From: a virus
Lineage: Duplodnaviria > Heunggongvirae > Uroviricota > Caudoviricetes
IMG/VR virus record: IMGVR_UViG_3300035210_000151
Length of the DNA stretch: 64,000 bases
Reading direction: 5' to 3' (one strand)
The position numbers were made by a program, and so were the translations under genes. Below are positions 29,757 to 39,044 of the stretch, piece by piece. Position 1 is the stretch's first letter; each line of letters begins with the position of its first letter. The notes below the pieces were generated by a model. It was not told the origin of the DNA. It searched no databases and worked only from the letters and a program-made list of their open reading frames with translations.

Positions 29757-30734
29757 ATGCACCAAAAGAGCCGTTCCTACCAAGACATTCAAACTATTCT
29801 TACTGAACATTTCGGTGACCGTTCAATTAATGCTGGTGACGTTTCACTGGTTGGTTCCGTTTTTGGTAAAGAAGATGTCATTCATCTTATTCATGACGTG
29901 TTAAACAACCCAGAATTGCTTCATAAGGTTGCTAATCGCTCGTACACCCATGCATTAGGCTTCGATAAAATTGTCCTGATGGATTTGCGTAAGGATTCAC
30001 CTGACATCTCACAAAAGACCCAACTACGTCTTCATATTTGGAATCCTGAAAATACTGGTGCTCTCCCTATTGTAGAAGCCTTACATGAACATAGTTTTGA
30101 TTTCGTATCGACGGTTCTCACTGGTCATCTTGAAAACCAACAGTTCCTGTTGAGTCCGCTTTCTAAACGAGAAGAAGCTATTCTGGAAAAACTTCGTGTT
30201 GTTATTACCCAAATCACACCCGACGACTTGAAGTTCATCAATGACCAAATGGAAATTGTTGAAGCCTTGAAACTTTCGGGTGTGGGATCAAGTCAATTTC
30301 ATGATTTGAACATGCATGAAACCATTGATCTTGATAGAATTAATGATTTGACTGGATTCTCTTATAATGAAATATTGCTACTTTGCTCTATTGAAGGTCA
30401 TTATGTCAGCAACCGTATTTCAGGTGAGCGTCAAGCCTACAAGCATGTGCTTAAAGATTATGTCTCATTGACACCCTTCTGTGCGATGAGCCTTGATGAA
30501 GGTGATTCCTACTTCCACCCCTACCAGTTGCCGCATCGTTTGTATTATGACAACAAAATTTTGAACTCAACTATTCTGGTTACCACAGAAGTTCCCTCAA
30601 ACCCAGAAGGTGGTTCATTACAACGACCTACTTATGTTCAAAAAGATGAGCAGAGTTATGACAAGATTGTGTTAACATCTGAATCGTTATCAAAGATCTT
30701 GACTGATTACCTTGATTATTTGGGAACCCATTAA
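29757..30734 (+). CDS. cupin-fold (cysteine-dioxygenase-like) metalloprotein with a large insertion
   Basis: HALGFDKIVL, LRLHIW, HEHSFDFVSTVLTG, GDSY..PHRL. Confidence 0.6.
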   Translation: MHQKSRSYQDIQTILTEHFGDRSINAGDVSLVGSVFGKEDVIHLIHDVLNNPELLHKVANRSYTHALGFDKIVLMDLRKDSPDISQKTQLRLHIWNPENTGALPIVEALHEHSFDFVSTVLTGHLENQQFLLSPLSKREEAILEKLRVVITQITPDDLKFINDQMEIVEALKLSGVGSSQFHDLNMHETIDLDRINDLTGFSYNEILLLCSIEGHYVSNRISGERQAYKHVLKDYVSLTPFCAMSLDEGDSYFHPYQLPHRLYYDNKILNSTILVTTEVPSNPEGGSLQRPTYVQKDEQSYDKIVLTSESLSKILTDYLDYLGTH

Positions 30735-30803
30735 GAAACATTGAAAAGTCTCCATTCTTGGAGACTTTTGTTATGGTTTGATTGAAAAGTAAATAGGAGT
30801 GTT

Positions 30804-31481
30804 ATGAGATATTGTATAAGCGATCAAGATCGAACTCACATTGACCATTTGAAATCACACATGCCAGCCATTATTGGTGATGAATTAAAAAAAGTGGTAA
30901 AGACCAGTAAGTTTGAAGATACTTATCGAAGCAGAGCTTTTAAAAAACCTGTTATTATTAACAAAAACAATCTCAGTGAAGATTCTTTATTTAAATTAAC
31001 ATTTAGAGAATTTCTTCGTATTGAAAATGGCTCAATTGTCTACACTAAAACACCGAATGATTACATTAATAAGATGATTGATAATGCTATTTTAAAATTT
31101 AATTTATTTAAATCATTTGTATACAAAGAGATAAAGACAGGCAAGCTTCATAGCCCTGATGGTTTCAATACGTTGAAGTTTGATTTAATTTTACATATAC
31201 ATGCCTATGCTGATAGCTATAGCATCATTCAATTGCAAGTTAATTCTTATTATAGCTTGTTGGTCAGGGATTATCAAAAGTTCTATATGTATATCAAAAA
31301 CAAAGAATTCGCCAATAATGCTTATATTGAAATACGCTATGACGCACAAGGCGTTGAACTATCCATTAGTAACCTTAGTCGATTCATTAAAGTGGTTGAA
31401 GAAATTTGGGAATCCCCGTTAGACTTCAATAATTTAAATATATCCGCCATGAAGGCAACGACTGAAATGTTATTGATTTAA
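30804..31481 (+). CDS. hypothetical protein, M-x-x-I tail
   Basis: RBS AGGAG; ends ATTEMLLI. Confidence 0.75.
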   Translation: MRYCISDQDRTHIDHLKSHMPAIIGDELKKVVKTSKFEDTYRSRAFKKPVIINKNNLSEDSLFKLTFREFLRIENGSIVYTKTPNDYINKMIDNAILKFNLFKSFVYKEIKTGKLHSPDGFNTLKFDLILHIHAYADSYSIIQLQVNSYYSLLVRDYQKFYMYIKNKEFANNAYIEIRYDAQGVELSISNLSRFIKVVEEIWESPLDFNNLNISAMKATTEMLLI

Positions 31482-31544
31482 TCGTTTGATATTAAATTTA
31501 AAAAATGTTATAATGCGAGACATTATTATTTTGAGGATATTTTG

Positions 31545-32006
31545 ATGAGAATTTTCATTTATGTTATTTTGATTTGTCTGTTGGTCTTATGCATTAGAAA
31601 AATTCGAAAAATGTTGAAAGACAGTCAAGCTATTGATCTGGATGAAGGTCGCAATCCTGTGAGTGGTGGACGTGTTATTGGCATCTTTGCGGGTGGTGCT
31701 TTGATTACAGGTCTGTGTTTGTGGTTTTTCCTGAGTATGGGGACACCCGATCTAGGATCTAAACATAATATTGAAAAATATACATTTAACAATCATGTGC
31801 TTTCTTTCGATGTCCCACAATTCAGAGCCAGTTACGAAGTTTCTTTGCCCTTGTATGTGGATATCAAACCAACTGACAAAGTAGATGTTCGATACTTTGT
31901 TGACAAGGGTCAGTTGAAAAATATTACAGGTGTGTTTGTTAATGGTCAGGCTGTTCATGATGGCAGCTATCAATTAGTTTACAAAGAAATTAAAACACAT
32001 CGTTAA
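31545..32006 (+). CDS. membrane protein, 2 TM
   Basis: Two hydrophobic segments, RBS GAGGA. Confidence 0.75.
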   Translation: MRIFIYVILICLLVLCIRKIRKMLKDSQAIDLDEGRNPVSGGRVIGIFAGGALITGLCLWFFLSMGTPDLGSKHNIEKYTFNNHVLSFDVPQFRASYEVSLPLYVDIKPTDKVDVRYFVDKGQLKNITGVFVNGQAVHDGSYQLVYKEIKTHR

Positions 32007-32020
32007 TTAAAATAGGCATA

Positions 32021-32048
32021 AAAAAATCTCCATTCGTTGGAGATTTTT
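32021..32048. terminator. bidirectional intrinsic terminator
   Basis: AAAAAATCTCC-attcgtt-GGAGATTTTT between convergent genes. Confidence 0.7.
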
Positions 32049-32067
32049 ATTGTCATCAAGTTAATGA

Positions 32068-32316
32068 TTAGTGTTGTTTTACGGCTTTCAAAGCAGCTTT
32101 TAATTCCAAAGCTTCTTTGTTCCAAGACACATAAGCGATCATCAATGCGAGAGAGAATGAAGCGAATGCTGTTAGTGCTGACACTATTGTTACTTCGAAA
32201 TACATTCCAGTCACAATTTCATTGTTTATATAAGGCACCGCCGTCATGATTGAACCTAAGATAACAGCCACTGCCATCAATAGATAATTTGAATTAAGAA
32301 AATTTGATTTTAACAT
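32068..32316 (-). CDS. small membrane protein, 2 TM
   Basis: 82 aa, RBS GGAG. Confidence 0.7.
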   Translation of the reverse strand: MLKSNFLNSNYLLMAVAVILGSIMTAVPYINNEIVTGMYFEVTIVSALTAFASFSLALMIAYVSWNKEALELKAALKAVKQH

Positions 32317-32438
32317 ATCACTCCGAAATTAATTAATACAATAACTATATTCGATTCTTATTAAATTTCAAGCATTAAAATACTTTTAAATAAAAAATAA
32401 CCCACTATGGTCTATTTAATCTAACATTTGTTATTTAC

Positions 32439-33209
32439 TTATTTAAAAATTTCTGGAAAGGTAGTTTCTAATACTTTTTCAATGTTGAGCAATGCAGCAA
32501 CAAACTCATCTTCTTTACCACCAGAATCTTTCATGCTTACCAGTTTCATCATATTTCGCAAACTACCTGTAATAAGCAAACCACTGGCCTTAGCCGTAGG
32601 GAATAGCAAGTTACGGGTTTCGTTGTCTTGAATATCATGTTCAGCCAAGATCTTTTTTGTAGATTCTAGAACAGCTTGGTAAGCGGCATAGTGGTTAGCA
32701 TCACGCAACACCAGACAAGGGCTTTTCTGAGCACTGGTTTTGGAGACTGTCAGACGGCTAAGGTGAACAATATCACGTTGAGTCGAAAACTCATGTTCAA
32801 CACCAATACTGATACCTGTCAACATGATACCGACTTGGATTTGATGCAATACCGAATGATGTTTCAATTCAATAGTGCTTTCAGCAATCGCATTCAATGT
32901 TTTGTTTTTAGGATTGAGATAACTCATGAAAGAAGATAGTCCTACTGTTTGATAAAGCTTGTGCTTCACCATTGCAAGGCTTACATCGTTGCCCATAAAA
33001 CAAAGACCGCCTGTTTTGTTCAACTCAATAGGAAAGCTGCCTAATGTAACAATAGATGCGGCAGAACCTGTCATAATGGTTTTCTCTTTGTCATGAAAAC
33101 CACCACCAATAGCGGTGTGCATAAAAGCCAACTTCTCATGACTTTTTAAATCAAGATTATTCATTTCGTTGTTAATCTGGTTGAAGTCAGCAAATGGGAA
33201 CTTATGCAT
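32439..33209 (-). CDS. divergent ThyX-like (flavin-dependent thymidylate synthase fold) protein
   Basis: HHSVLH..TGISIGVEHEF and RNLLFPTA..ITGSLR match the ThyX framework; canonical RHR-x7-S motif absent. Confidence 0.6.
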   Translation of the reverse strand: MHKFPFADFNQINNEMNNLDLKSHEKLAFMHTAIGGGFHDKEKTIMTGSAASIVTLGSFPIELNKTGGLCFMGNDVSLAMVKHKLYQTVGLSSFMSYLNPKNKTLNAIAESTIELKHHSVLHQIQVGIMLTGISIGVEHEFSTQRDIVHLSRLTVSKTSAQKSPCLVLRDANHYAAYQAVLESTKKILAEHDIQDNETRNLLFPTAKASGLLITGSLRNMMKLVSMKDSGGKEDEFVAALLNIEKVLETTFPEIFK

Positions 33210-33210
33210 G

Positions 33211-34884
33211 TTAGTTATCCTCTTTGAATATATCAGTTAAAGTTTCAGCAAAGGTTTCGTTTTCTTTCTTTTCGTAAAAGACATAGAATGGATCGAAGAT
33301 AGGGCAAATGTTTTTAAAGTCTTTGGCCGTATACTTACTGATGTAGAGATCTTCTTCTAATTTATCAATATACACTGAATAGATATTTTTCAGGCTATTC
33401 AAGTCGTCTTGGGTTAAGACATCTTTTTTCAAATACGTCATCATTTGTTTGATGAACAAATCATTATACAGGGTTTCGAATTTAAAGAATACTGACATCT
33501 GACCAACGTAGTATCTTTTTACAGCATTAGTGAAAGCCAATGTTTCATCGTAGTTTATTTCGTTGTTGATAAGCTTTTCTAACTTACCAAACATTTCAGT
33601 AAATACGACTTTAATTTGTTCTTCCAGTGAAGTATCTAGTGACAGATCTTGGCAGAAGGTATCGGTGTTAGGAATTGAGTTGTCACACAATTCAGTTGTG
33701 TGTAACAGCTTCTTGTTGTTGCTAGCCTTTTTCACTACGTTTTCGTAGTTGTGATTGGTCCAACGGTAGTCTTCTTGGAAGAACCTTTGGTATTTTTCTT
33801 TGTAGTGGTCAATCAAACTTTGTTCACCCACCAGTGCCAACAATTCATCTTCACGACCCATCAAAGCGAAACAGACGTTAGCCCACAAGAGATCTTTAAT
33901 TTTCGCAATGTTGCTTTTATCAATGGCGAAGTCCATTTTTTCGAACAATGGATAAATACGACGCTTATTGTAGTCATATTCAATGTTTTCTTTTTTGATT
34001 AACGACACAAACAACATATCCGCCAGCACCAATGTAAAGGCTTCACTCATCATTCTGGAAATGAGGTATTTGTGTTTAGCGAGTTTTGAATCATCAACGA
34101 CAAACACATCAGTAAAGATAAAATGCATGATGTCATGAAACATAAAGGTCATTTCATGCAATTCGTCTTTCTTGGGTGTCAATGGAATACCCGCGTTCAA
34201 ACCCGGCAACCAGTAGTTCTTTTGTTTTCTGTTACTGGCTCTACGGATAAATAGACCTTCGTTCAAGACATTGTTGATGATGTTCTTGAATAGTGGGTTT
34301 TTGTAAGCAATCTTGTAGTATTCGTTCTCTTGGAACAACTGATAGATAAACGGCTCAAATGAGATAACATCATTCGTTTCTGTTGGGTTAAAGTTGAGGT
34401 TAACCTTTTTTTCGAATTCAAAAATGAATGGAAGCTCATCAATCAACTTGGAAAACGCCAAATCTCGGGCTGAGTTTTTTACGCCATTGTCTTTCATGTC
34501 TTGATACGTCTTCATGGTTCTGGATGAAACAAAGATGTCATCCCAATTATACACATCATCTCGGGTTGTCTTCAAATGTGGAAAAATAAACCCTTCAACT
34601 TCGGCAGGGAAATCAAATTGAGTTTTTACGCCCTCTTTTTGAATGTTAGCGGTCACATTAGAGAAATGAACGACTTCGCAAAAAGCGTCGTAATCAGCTT
34701 TATCGCGGCTACGTTTTTCAAGCAATGTGGTTTGCTCACGAATGCAGAGATAATCAGTATCCATTGTTTCCAATGTCACCAATTCTTCGGGTTTTAGGTG
34801 GGTTGTGACTAGACCAATATCCTTGAAATATTTGCTTAATTCTTTCTCTTTGTGAAAATTTGATGTTGAGATAAAAATCTTCAT
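33211..34884 (-). CDS. Ham1/ITPase-like N-terminal domain fused to a His-rich putative metal-binding domain
   Basis: N-terminal IFISTSNFHKEKEL, AEVEGFI, WDDIF..TYQDM..KNSARDLA; downstream HEMTFMFHDIMH and MMSEA. Confidence 0.6.
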   Translation of the reverse strand: MKIFISTSNFHKEKELSKYFKDIGLVTTHLKPEELVTLETMDTDYLCIREQTTLLEKRSRDKADYDAFCEVVHFSNVTANIQKEGVKTQFDFPAEVEGFIFPHLKTTRDDVYNWDDIFVSSRTMKTYQDMKDNGVKNSARDLAFSKLIDELPFIFEFEKKVNLNFNPTETNDVISFEPFIYQLFQENEYYKIAYKNPLFKNIINNVLNEGLFIRRASNRKQKNYWLPGLNAGIPLTPKKDELHEMTFMFHDIMHFIFTDVFVVDDSKLAKHKYLISRMMSEAFTLVLADMLFVSLIKKENIEYDYNKRRIYPLFEKMDFAIDKSNIAKIKDLLWANVCFALMGREDELLALVGEQSLIDHYKEKYQRFFQEDYRWTNHNYENVVKKASNNKKLLHTTELCDNSIPNTDTFCQDLSLDTSLEEQIKVVFTEMFGKLEKLINNEINYDETLAFTNAVKRYYVGQMSVFFKFETLYNDLFIKQMMTYLKKDVLTQDDLNSLKNIYSVYIDKLEEDLYISKYTAKDFKNICPIFDPFYVFYEKKENETFAETLTDIFKEDN

Positions 34885-35029
34885 TTCTTGCTCCGTATTG
34901 ATTAGCCGAACCCTACAATTATAGCATATTGATTATTTTAATACAAGGTATTGCTATCATAGCTTTATTGTGATATAATCTATCAAATTATTTCAATAAA
35001 TGTAAAAATAGAGGTTTAAAAACAATAAA

Positions 35030-35446
35030 ATGAAAGCAAGTAAATTTTTTATAGATGTGACTAACTCAAATGGTCACATCGACGTAAGTGTAAAACATCA
35101 GTTATTCCCCGAGTTCGTTCAAGAAGTCTATGGTCGTGAAAACCCGTCTGGCTACATCAATCCTGAAAGCGAAAAACAAATCGACAAACTGATTATGCAG
35201 CGTTATTTCTTCCGTTACTGGTTGGCAGGTCGTATCGATCCGAATGTCTATACTGGTAAGGATTTTATCATCTCAAAGAATGTGCCTTATGAAGCCCTTC
35301 TTGAAGATTATATGTCAGAAGTGGATGCAAGTCTTCCAAAACCGGAAGTCTTCTCATTGTTGCATTCTCGTGAAAAGGCCACCATCGAATTTGATGAATA
35401 TTATGGTAGCTCTTCAGCCTACAAGTGTGTTATAATCGAAAAATAA
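35030..35446 (+). CDS. hypothetical protein
   Basis: 138 aa ORF after a TGATATAAT promoter element. Confidence 0.7.
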   Translation: MKASKFFIDVTNSNGHIDVSVKHQLFPEFVQEVYGRENPSGYINPESEKQIDKLIMQRYFFRYWLAGRIDPNVYTGKDFIISKNVPYEALLEDYMSEVDASLPKPEVFSLLHSREKATIEFDEYYGSSSAYKCVIIEK

Positions 35447-35479
35447 CACACCCACTCACTCTTTAAATGGAGTTTCGAA

Positions 35480-36469
35480 ATGTTCGTAAAAAATTCAGTT
35501 CGTGCAAAAAAACATAACGTCCACGTTCATATCCGTCCAGATGTGGCTGCAAATACGTCTATTCGTCCAAAAGACTTTATGCGGTGTAATGTGTCGTTTA
35601 AGAATACAGTAGATTTTATCCGTAATATGACAACTGTTTTTGAGAATGTGGTAAAAAATACACCTATGAAGCATATTGGTACACCTTTCAAGACAATCCA
35701 GTTTGAGATAAAATCTCGTTATAATCCAAAGGTTGATTCATCTGATGTCACATCAGTTACTCACCGTTGTGTTTACAATGTTATCATCAATAAAAATCGT
35801 GGTTCGTCTTATTATGGTTATAACTTTTATATCTATTTTATTCCGAAAAATGAAATCGTATCGTGTGTTCAAAACGATATGAACTTTGTTGCTGAATTGA
35901 AAGGAACAGAGCCGTCGATTGTAAAATCAATTGAACGCCGTATCAATGAAGGTCAACCATTGGCTAACAAGCTTTCTAAGCCTGTTGATCTAGCTTTGCC
36001 AAAAGGTTGCCAACCAATGTATAAAATCGAAGGTGATCACCCTTACTTTGTGGCGACACTAGATGAAGCGTCTTGGCTGAAAGACAAAAAGGGCATTACT
36101 TTTAAAGAAGTGATGGTGGTGAGTGTATTTGGTAAGCTTTTCGAAGTAGTTGGCGAAGCTCGTGTTGAAGAAATTGATACGAATGATTATGTTCAAAACT
36201 ATATCTTTAAGTCTAAAAATGATATTCCAAAAAACTTTAAGCACCAGCAATATAAAGTCAACAAAACCGAAACTGTTTACAGTAATATGTTGATTGATGA
36301 TGCGGTTGAAGGCGTGTATGATATGGTTGCGGTTGGTAAAAAAGCTGGTATGCTGGCGGTGGTTATTCATCGTTCATTCCTTGGGGATGTTCGTGAAGTG
36401 ATTTACACCGAAGACTCTAATGTCATGAAAGATTTGAAAGCTAAATTCATGAACCGTCGAAAAATTTGA
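35480..36469 (+). CDS. hypothetical protein
   Basis: 329 aa, RBS GGAG. Confidence 0.8.
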   Translation: MFVKNSVRAKKHNVHVHIRPDVAANTSIRPKDFMRCNVSFKNTVDFIRNMTTVFENVVKNTPMKHIGTPFKTIQFEIKSRYNPKVDSSDVTSVTHRCVYNVIINKNRGSSYYGYNFYIYFIPKNEIVSCVQNDMNFVAELKGTEPSIVKSIERRINEGQPLANKLSKPVDLALPKGCQPMYKIEGDHPYFVATLDEASWLKDKKGITFKEVMVVSVFGKLFEVVGEARVEEIDTNDYVQNYIFKSKNDIPKNFKHQQYKVNKTETVYSNMLIDDAVEGVYDMVAVGKKAGMLAVVIHRSFLGDVREVIYTEDSNVMKDLKAKFMNRRKI

Positions 36470-36493
36470 TTTATTTTTGATAATAGCGAGGTA

Positions 36494-36748
36494 ATGACCA
36501 TGATTAAACGTTACAGTGCAAGCCACTGCCCAAAATGTGCTCGACATGAAGATGATTACAATATTAAGCCTTTGGAACTTTTCGAAACTCCAATTGGGCA
36601 ATATGTTTTATACAGTAGCCATAAAGTTACTGTTACTCTTTATAACAAGACACTCAAAAACTATATGGATACTAAATCAGAAAATAAACAACTTCGGGAT
36701 GAAAATGCTGAACTTTTGAAACGTATTGCAGAACTTGAAAAAGTGTAA
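36494..36748 (+). CDS. small hypothetical protein, CxxC plus coiled coil
   Basis: HCPKC, RBS GAGGT. Confidence 0.7.
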   Translation: MTMIKRYSASHCPKCARHEDDYNIKPLELFETPIGQYVLYSSHKVTVTLYNKTLKNYMDTKSENKQLRDENAELLKRIAELEKV

Positions 36749-36879
36749 ATTAATTATAAGTTAACTTTTTCTATCATTTAAAAGATTATATAAAAAAGAA
36801 TATGTAATGTTGTTATTTTTTAACTTGATTTTAGAGATTATCAGCGTAATAATGTTAAAAGATAACAATATTTATATTT

Positions 36880-37617
36880 ATGAAAAACATATTTAATTTA
36901 ATTTTTATTTATTTTATAAGCAATTATTCCATAGCTGGATACACTGTAAACATACCACTAGAATTAAACGGTGGGGCTTTACCAGTTGACACTATTGTAT
37001 TCATTAATCCTTCATTACCTAACCCACCCGATCCAGAACCGACTGATCCAGTTACGTCTGGATGTTACTATTCTTTGACTGCACCCGCAGTTTCTGGCTT
37101 TGCAGAAAGCTATATTGATGGCTATTATTATAAAGAGATGGCCTATGAAGGTAAAGAAGTAATAAATGGCATTAAAGGTGAATTAAAAGCCACATTTACT
37201 GGAAATGGAAATAGTACTACATATTCAGAAATCTGTTTTGGCCCCGAAGGACCAATTTTTAAAGTTTCCCATGAAGAAGATCTTGGCTGGGCTATTGATG
37301 ATTGCCGTTATAATTCCGATCCCAATCCTGTGACTAGGACTGACAATCTTTACTATTGGAGAGAAATATCAGGCCAAGGCATATATTCCGATAAGCGAGC
37401 ATTTACTAATGCATTTCTTGGAAATCTAGGTTCAATTACTTATCAGTCATCTGGATTAACTTTTCCCAATGGTTATATTAATACATCTTATGGACAGATA
37501 CAACCACAAGATAATGTAACTATTAAACGAGGATCTATTTATTTTTCAAGAGGTAATTTTCAACAAAGTAACGGCACAGAATTCTTTTATGCTATTTGTA
37601 AAAGGACAGTCAATTAA
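36880..37617 (+). CDS. exported protein, family H
   Basis: Signal peptide, YTVNIPLE, Pro-rich linker, Cys pairs. Confidence 0.75.
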   Translation: MKNIFNLIFIYFISNYSIAGYTVNIPLELNGGALPVDTIVFINPSLPNPPDPEPTDPVTSGCYYSLTAPAVSGFAESYIDGYYYKEMAYEGKEVINGIKGELKATFTGNGNSTTYSEICFGPEGPIFKVSHEEDLGWAIDDCRYNSDPNPVTRTDNLYYWREISGQGIYSDKRAFTNAFLGNLGSITYQSSGLTFPNGYINTSYGQIQPQDNVTIKRGSIYFSRGNFQQSNGTEFFYAICKRTVN

Positions 37618-37926
37618 AGATCAATCAAGTTATACCAAATAAGATTTATTACCAATAGATCTTATTTTTTGTACGGCAGTGTCAAAACAATTCAAAATGT
37701 TACCAAACCATTCGTTCTATTAAATTCGATTATTATGACTATCAATTACTATTATATAAAGGTTTTTCTATATTTGTAATTAACTTAAATATTCCTTTTT
37801 TCGAATAAATAATGTTCATTTCATGTTCAATATTTGTAATTTATAAGTAAATATTGGTTAATTATTGTTGTTTTTAGATTAAAATTTGGTATATTATTTG
37901 GATAATAACAAATAAGGTATATTTTA

Positions 37927-39033
37927 ATGAAATTATTACGTTTAAACCTTCTTGTTGTAGCGGTTGCTATGGCGGGATGCAGTAAAGAAGCTCCACAAAG
38001 ACCACCAGCAGGGCCAGTAAGCGTTAGTTACATCACCATCAAAGAAGAACCAGTAAAGATACAGTCAGAGTTAAAAGGGAGAGTTTCCGCCGTTACTGAA
38101 GCCGAAGTTAGACCACAAATTACTGGTATTATTCAAACCATCAATGTAAAAGATGGACAAGCAGTAAAAAAGGGACAAACGTTATACAAAGTAGACCCAT
38201 CACAATATAAAGCATCTTATGATCAATCCGTTGCTGCTTATGAATCTATCAAAGCTGATATAGACACAGCTCGTTTAAAATCAGAACGTTATTCAACGTT
38301 AGCAAAACAAAAAGCGATTGCCATTCAAGACGCGGATGATGCTAAATCTGCTTACCAAAAACTTGTTTCTACATTGGCTGAACGAAAATCAGCGGTGGAT
38401 TTAGCTAAAATAAATTTAGAATACACAGATATTAAAGCTCCTATTGATGGCATATTGGGTATTTCAACTATTACTCCGGGTGCTCTTGTGACTGCTAACC
38501 AAACTGAAAGCATTAACACTATCACCACTTTGAATCCAATTTATGTAGACTTAGCACAACCAAGTAAAGAATTCTTAGACATGAGAATTTTACAAAAAGA
38601 GCTAAACTCAAAAGAAATCCCGGTGCAACTTAGATTTGATAAAAAAGGTGATTATATTTTAACAGGCCATGTAAGTTCTAACGAATTTAAAGTTGACCAA
38701 ACAACTGATTCGATTAAAGTAAGAGCCATTTTTGATAACAAAGATAAATTGTTACTACCGGGAATGTATGCTTATACTCAAGTGACCTACGGTGTCCAAC
38801 CTAATGGAATTAAAATACCATTACAAAGTGTTGTTCGTGGATTGAAAGGTGAATCTTCAGTATTTACCGTAGACAGCTCTAACAAAATTCAAAAAGTTGA
38901 TATTGATACATTATACAGCACTGGATCAGAAGTCATTGTTAAAAGTGGATTGAAAGCTGGTGATAAAGTCGTTTTCGAAGGAATCGACAAAATAAAAAAT
39001 GGGGCAGATGTTGCTCCTGTTGAACAAAAATAA
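37927..39033 (+). CDS. RND efflux periplasmic adaptor (AcrA/MexA family lipoprotein)
   Basis: Lipobox AMAGC, AEVRPQITGII, IKAPIDG, GALVTANQ, LLPGMY. Confidence 0.95.
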   Translation: MKLLRLNLLVVAVAMAGCSKEAPQRPPAGPVSVSYITIKEEPVKIQSELKGRVSAVTEAEVRPQITGIIQTINVKDGQAVKKGQTLYKVDPSQYKASYDQSVAAYESIKADIDTARLKSERYSTLAKQKAIAIQDADDAKSAYQKLVSTLAERKSAVDLAKINLEYTDIKAPIDGILGISTITPGALVTANQTESINTITTLNPIYVDLAQPSKEFLDMRILQKELNSKEIPVQLRFDKKGDYILTGHVSSNEFKVDQTTDSIKVRAIFDNKDKLLLPGMYAYTQVTYGVQPNGIKIPLQSVVRGLKGESSVFTVDSSNKIQKVDIDTLYSTGSEVIVKSGLKAGDKVVFEGIDKIKNGADVAPVEQK

Positions 39034-39044
39034 GGAGATTTTAA

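Noticed and set aside
32439-33209. Assigning the gene symbol thyX
   Set aside because: The catalytic RHR-x7-S signature is absent, so thymidylate synthase function cannot be asserted.
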